Source: Parasynechococcus marenigrum WH 8102 (GTDB lineage: Bacteria > Cyanobacteriota > Cyanobacteriia > PCC-6307 > Cyanobiaceae). From it: DNA of 32,000 bases. Both the position numbers and the translations under genes were made by a program. Under the pieces are notes generated by a model that saw only the letters and a list, made by a program, of their open reading frames with translations, was not told the DNA's origin and ran no database searches. Where the stretch lies: the NCBI RefSeq assembly GCF_000195975.1, contig NC_005070.1:60001-92000 (forward strand). Direction: 5' to 3'. Of this stretch, positions 28,413-32,000 are shown in pieces. Each line of letters begins with the position of its first letter. The stretch's first letter is position 1.

Positions 28413-29363
28413 ATGTCTCCCTGGTCGTCACCCTTGCTACGTCGCCCTTGGTTCGGCCATCGACCTCTTCTTTCTGTGGTGGTGGTTTCTTACAACATGA
28501 CCCGGGAGCTCAAGCGCACCCTTTATTCGCTATCGCCGAAATTTCAAAGGGATGTGAAGGCTCAGGACTACGAGGTGATTGTGGTAGACAACGGCTCAAC
28601 CCTGCCGCCTGATCCGTCGGATTGGATTCAACGGCCAGGTTGGTCAGTCCGTGTGGTTTGCTGGCCAGCCTGGGATGTGTCGCCCTGTCGTGCCGTGAAT
28701 GCGGGTGTTGCTCAGGCCCGGGCACGTCATGTTTGTGTGATGGTTGATGGTGCTCGCATGGTGTCGCCTGGGTTGATCTCAGGAATGCTGAATATCCTGC
28801 GAGCTGACCCTGATGCCCTGGCCATTACCCTTGGCTTTCATCTGGGCATGCAGCCGCAAAATGTATCGATCACCCAGGGTTATAACCAAAGGGAGGAAGA
28901 TCGACTGTTGCGAAAGATTCGCTGGCGTAACAATGGATATCAGCTGTTTTCAGTTTCTTGTTTGGCGTTGTCATCAGCCGGGGGCTGGTTTGCCCCCATC
29001 ACCGAAAGTAATTGTTTTGCGTTGAAGCGCAAACGTTTTCAGGAGCTGGGTGGTTTTGACGAACGCTTTCAATCACCTGGTGGTGGCCTCGTGAACCTCG
29101 ATTTTTTCCGAACGGCTATCGCATCACCGCTGTTGCGTCCCTGGATGCTTCTCGGTGAAGGCAGTTTTCATCAGATCCACGGCGGTGTTGCAACCAATGT
29201 GCCGATGGAGAAGCATCCTGGCCTGCAATTCGCCCTGGAGTATGAACAGATCCGCGGCGAATCTTATGCACCACCGCGCTACGAACCTTCGTACTACGGA
29301 TCGCTGCCGGAGGTGACCCGGCGTTGGATTGACCCTTCAACGGCAGTGACCAATGCGTCATGA
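28413..29363 (+). CDS. Glycosyltransferase family 2 (GT-A fold)
   Basis: LSVVVVSYNMTRELKRTLYSL...YEVIVVDNGS followed by MVDGARM (a DxD-like position). It starts only 7 nt after the secA stop. Confidence 0.7.
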   Translation: MSPWSSPLLRRPWFGHRPLLSVVVVSYNMTRELKRTLYSLSPKFQRDVKAQDYEVIVVDNGSTLPPDPSDWIQRPGWSVRVVCWPAWDVSPCRAVNAGVAQARARHVCVMVDGARMVSPGLISGMLNILRADPDALAITLGFHLGMQPQNVSITQGYNQREEDRLLRKIRWRNNGYQLFSVSCLALSSAGGWFAPITESNCFALKRKRFQELGGFDERFQSPGGGLVNLDFFRTAIASPLLRPWMLLGEGSFHQIHGGVATNVPMEKHPGLQFALEYEQIRGESYAPPRYEPSYYGSLPEVTRRWIDPSTAVTNAS

Positions 29364-31012
29364 AATTGTTCATGACCCTGTTGGTGCGGGATGAGGCCGA
29401 CATTCTGGCCTTAAACCTCGAACACCATCTCGCCCAAGGTATTGATTTCTTCATCGTGACCGATAACGGTTCGGTGGATGCCACACCAGAGATTCTTCAA
29501 ACGTACGCCGATCGCGGTTTGCTGGAACTGATTCAGGAACCATCGGAAACTTATGCCCAGGCGGTGTGGGTCACGCGCATGGCCCAGCGGGCGGCAGCCC
29601 TTGGAGCTGATTGGGTGATTCACGCTGATGCCGATGAATTCTGGATCGCTGCGCAGCCGGGGCTGCGGGTGCGTCAGGTGGTTCGGCGACTTCCCAAGGA
29701 TCAATTGATCCTTGCCGTTCAGCGTTGGAACGCTGCCCTGTCGCGCCATGTTGAACGCCTTGATTGCGTTGAACCAACGACGATTCGCTGGTACGACAGC
29801 GATTCGCGCAATGCGGTTGGTCGCCCCTTGCCGCCCAAGGTGTTGCACCGCGGTTGCTCCGATGTGCAGATTGATCAGGGCAATCACAGCCTGACCTGGC
29901 CTGATGCTGCGGAACCGACCCACAGCTCTTCGGAGCTGCTGATCCTGCATCTGCCTCTGCGGGGGTATCGGCACTACGAACGCAAAATACGCCAGGGTGG
30001 TCGTTCCTATGCCTCCAACCCAGACCTGCCGGCCCGTCTGGGGGGAACCTGGCGTCAGGAGCATTTGATCTATCTCGCTGGAGATCTGCGTCGCCGTTGG
30101 CGCGAGCAGTTGCTCTCCATGTCTCAGCTGTTGCGTGGCCGCTTAACAGGTCGTTTTCGCCAGCCGCCCAACCCAATCACGCCGGCTCAACCCAGCCGTG
30201 GCGTGATCTGTCTGGCGGACGACAACTACTTCTTTGGTGTACGGCTGCTGTATCAGTCCCTAGCGGGGCAGGTTCCCCTCACCGTCTATGACCTTGGACT
30301 TGGTGATCGTGCTCGTCGTTGGGTGGACAGCCACAACGGCATCAGCATCCGGCCGATTCCACAGTCGCCACTGGTGCAGGCCGTGCGGGAGGCCTGCGGA
30401 GAGCGCAGCCTGGCCAAGGCCACCAAGCGTGAATGGCCGTTATGGATCTGCCCAGAGTTGCTGTTGGATGCTCCTTATCAGCAGGTCGCCTGGATTGATG
30501 CGGATGCGGTGGTGCTTCGCGGCCTGCCGAAGCTGTTCCAGCGCATCAATCGAGCCCCCTTCATCACACCGGAGAATCTGGCGCCGGAGCTAACCGCCAA
30601 TCCCTATGAGTTGTATGAGGCGCTCCCCCTGGCCCGTGGGCGCCCCTCAGCGCCGCCGATTCTCCTGAATGCTGGTGTCAGCGGTTGGGATCAGCAGCGT
30701 GATCGTCATCTTCTTGAGGCTTACAACCACCCCGTGCGTTGCATCTTTCAGGGGAAGTCTCTGAATCGTGAACTGGTGCGTTGGCATGACCAGGGTTGTT
30801 TGATCTGGGCTCTGCAAAACGCCGGATATGACGCTTCAATTCTTCAACATCGACGCTGGAATCTTTGTGTCCGTCACAGCGGACTGGCTGGTTTGAAGGT
30901 CGATCCATCCAGCTGTGATCTGGAGATTCAGGCCTGGTTGGACCATGCCCGTTCCTTAGAGCCAAAGGCCAACATTGTTCACTGGAATGGCCACACCGTC
31001 CCTTGGCTCTAA
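29360..31012 (+). CDS. Two-domain glycosyltransferase: N-terminal GT2-like (Glyco_tranf_2_4-like) plus C-terminal GT8-like nucleotide-diphospho-sugar transferase
   Basis: The N-domain reads LVRDEADILALNLEHHLAQGIDFFIVTDNGSVDAT...WVIHADADEFW. The C-domain reads VICLADDNYFFGVRLLYQSL...VAWIDADAVVLRGL...LNAGVSGW, a GT8-like DxD and fold text. The ATG overlaps the upstream stop (ATGA, 29360-29363). Confidence 0.65.
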   Translation: MKLFMTLLVRDEADILALNLEHHLAQGIDFFIVTDNGSVDATPEILQTYADRGLLELIQEPSETYAQAVWVTRMAQRAAALGADWVIHADADEFWIAAQPGLRVRQVVRRLPKDQLILAVQRWNAALSRHVERLDCVEPTTIRWYDSDSRNAVGRPLPPKVLHRGCSDVQIDQGNHSLTWPDAAEPTHSSSELLILHLPLRGYRHYERKIRQGGRSYASNPDLPARLGGTWRQEHLIYLAGDLRRRWREQLLSMSQLLRGRLTGRFRQPPNPITPAQPSRGVICLADDNYFFGVRLLYQSLAGQVPLTVYDLGLGDRARRWVDSHNGISIRPIPQSPLVQAVREACGERSLAKATKREWPLWICPELLLDAPYQQVAWIDADAVVLRGLPKLFQRINRAPFITPENLAPELTANPYELYEALPLARGRPSAPPILLNAGVSGWDQQRDRHLLEAYNHPVRCIFQGKSLNRELVRWHDQGCLIWALQNAGYDASILQHRRWNLCVRHSGLAGLKVDPSSCDLEIQAWLDHARSLEPKANIVHWNGHTVPWL

Positions 31013-31051
31013 CGACCGAAATCAACGCGCTCCATACAATCCTTTGATCGA

Positions 31052-31843
31052 TTGCTGGGGCTGGTGTTGATCCGGAGGATTTGGCCGTGGTACTCGCGAC
31101 CTCGCGGTCCGCAGCAGGTTCTAACGGTGCTGGGCATGCACCGCAGTGGCACCAGCCTGCTGACCGGAACTCTGCAGGAGGCCGGATTGGTGTTGGGGGA
31201 TGTTGTGACGGCCGCCCCACACAACCGCAAGGGCAACCGCGAATCATTGCCGATCCGTGCGTTGCACGACGACTTGATGCAGCGAGCCGGTGGCGACTGG
31301 GATCGGCCACCGCAACAGGTGAGCTGGCAGCCGGTGCACACAGCACTGCGGGATGCCGTGATTGATTCCCATCTCCATGACAGCTTCTGGGGGTTCAAGG
31401 ATCCCCGCACACTGTTCTGCCTCGAGGGTTGGCTCGATGTGCTGCCGAATCTGCAGATGGTGGCGATTGTTCGCCATCCCGAAGCTGTGGCTCGGTCTCT
31501 GCAGGCTCGCAATGGCATGGCCTTGGCGGATGGCCTGGAACTTTGGCGCCTTTACAACGCACGCCTCCTGGACTGGCTCGAGCGTCGGCCAGGGATGCCG
31601 CTCTTGCATTTCGACGACGATTTAGGTCGCTTCCGCGTCGATGTCGTCGCGTTAACGACAACCCTTGCGTTGCCCAGACGACTCAAGTCCGATGCGCTCC
31701 GTTTCCCGGATGCAGCGCTGCAACACCAGCGATCGGGCCAGGAACCCTTGCCTCCGGCGGTGGATGCCTTGTATCAGCAGCTGCTTGAGCGGCGCTTCAG
31801 CCTGTGTTTTCCCCCAGAAACTCCAAGATCTCTCGATCTTTAA
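31052..31843 (+). CDS. Sulfotransferase family protein (Sulfotransfer_3-like)
   Basis: P-loop-like 5'-PSB VLTVLGMHRSGTSLL, then FWGFKDPR, and 3'-PB-like VAIVRHPEAVARSL. The track start is a TTG; the true start could be up to ~20 codons downstream. Confidence 0.6.
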   Translation: MLGLVLIRRIWPWYSRPRGPQQVLTVLGMHRSGTSLLTGTLQEAGLVLGDVVTAAPHNRKGNRESLPIRALHDDLMQRAGGDWDRPPQQVSWQPVHTALRDAVIDSHLHDSFWGFKDPRTLFCLEGWLDVLPNLQMVAIVRHPEAVARSLQARNGMALADGLELWRLYNARLLDWLERRPGMPLLHFDDDLGRFRVDVVALTTTLALPRRLKSDALRFPDAALQHQRSGQEPLPPAVDALYQQLLERRFSLCFPPETPRSLDL

Positions 31844-32000
31844 GGCTTTGGGACTCGCCACGGCAGACGTCCCGCAGCTGACGCCCTTCTGCAACTTCCT
31901 TGAGACAGCGCTGCAGATTGCTCACCGTGCTCTCCAGTTCGTCGATCCGCTCCATCAGGTTGCGAATCACGTTGGCTTCCGCATCCGGTAGGGCGGAGTG
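31797..32000 (-). CDS. Possible C-terminal end of an unidentified protein (gene enters from the right edge)
   Basis: Not in the ORF track because it is open to the edge. My translation is ...PDAEANVIRNLMERIDELESTVSNLQRCLKEVAEGRQLRDVCRGESQSLKDREILEFLGENTG*, with a strong G/C bias at third codon positions. It overlaps the 3' end of the sulfotransferase ORF by 47 nt. I recognise no family. Confidence 0.4.
   Translation of the reverse strand, partial: HSALPDAEANVIRNLMERIDELESTVSNLQRCLKEVAEGRQLRDVCRGESQSLKDREILEFLGENTG

Noticed and set aside
22533-31843. Type I secretion genes (ABC exporter, membrane fusion protein, TolC) next to the RTX protein
   Set aside because: I looked for Walker-A ABC exporter or MFP-like ORFs flanking the swmA-like gene. 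Only secA, glycosyltransferases and sulfotransferases are present. The exporter must be encoded elsewhere.
31665-31991. 108-codon plus-strand ORF at the right end
   Set aside because: It overlaps the sulfotransferase 3' end in another frame. It also lies opposite a minus-strand open frame that has much better third-position G/C bias and coiled-coil-like text. Its own translation is Cys/Arg/Ser-rich low-complexity.

Overview
This is a high-GC marine picocyanobacterial chromosome segment, Synechococcus subcluster 5.1-like. Gene content and order match what I remember of strain WH8102, but I cannot verify that without a search. All calls rest on motifs I recognise in the supplied translations and on my own reading of the DNA.

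nt 1-18,300 is a tightly packed core region: clpX (5' part), clpP, tig, asd, dapA, rnj, a Pro-rich TPR-like protein, lysC, a vapBC toxin-antitoxin pair, holA, cobH, tilS, ycf23/DUF561, uvrB and mutS.

nt 18,300-31,900 is a mosaic. Housekeeping genes (GNAT, psbZ, ribH, tRNA-Gly, secA) alternate with lower-GC accessory genes:
- three sulfotransferases from three different families;
- three glycosyltransferase genes carrying four GT domains;
- an 855-codon cysteine-free RTX/beta-roll surface protein that looks like SwmA, the glycosylated S-layer protein needed for non-flagellar swimming.

Several accessory genes abut core genes with 4-nt start/stop overlaps or gaps of only a few nt.

The most interesting reading is a candidate sulfated-glycan surface-decoration system wrapped around swmA. 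Sulfation of this surface layer has not, to my knowledge, been described.

Secondary observations:
- an Arg-rich disordered tail on RNase J that resembles the RNase E PNPase-binding nonapeptide;
- a (TPEP)n tandem-repeat protein;
- palindromic shared stop codons at convergent gene pairs;
- a low-GC island centred on tRNA-Gly with no mobility genes.

I saw no CRISPR array, rRNA, transposase or integrase. The many long antisense ORFs in the track are high-GC artefacts.
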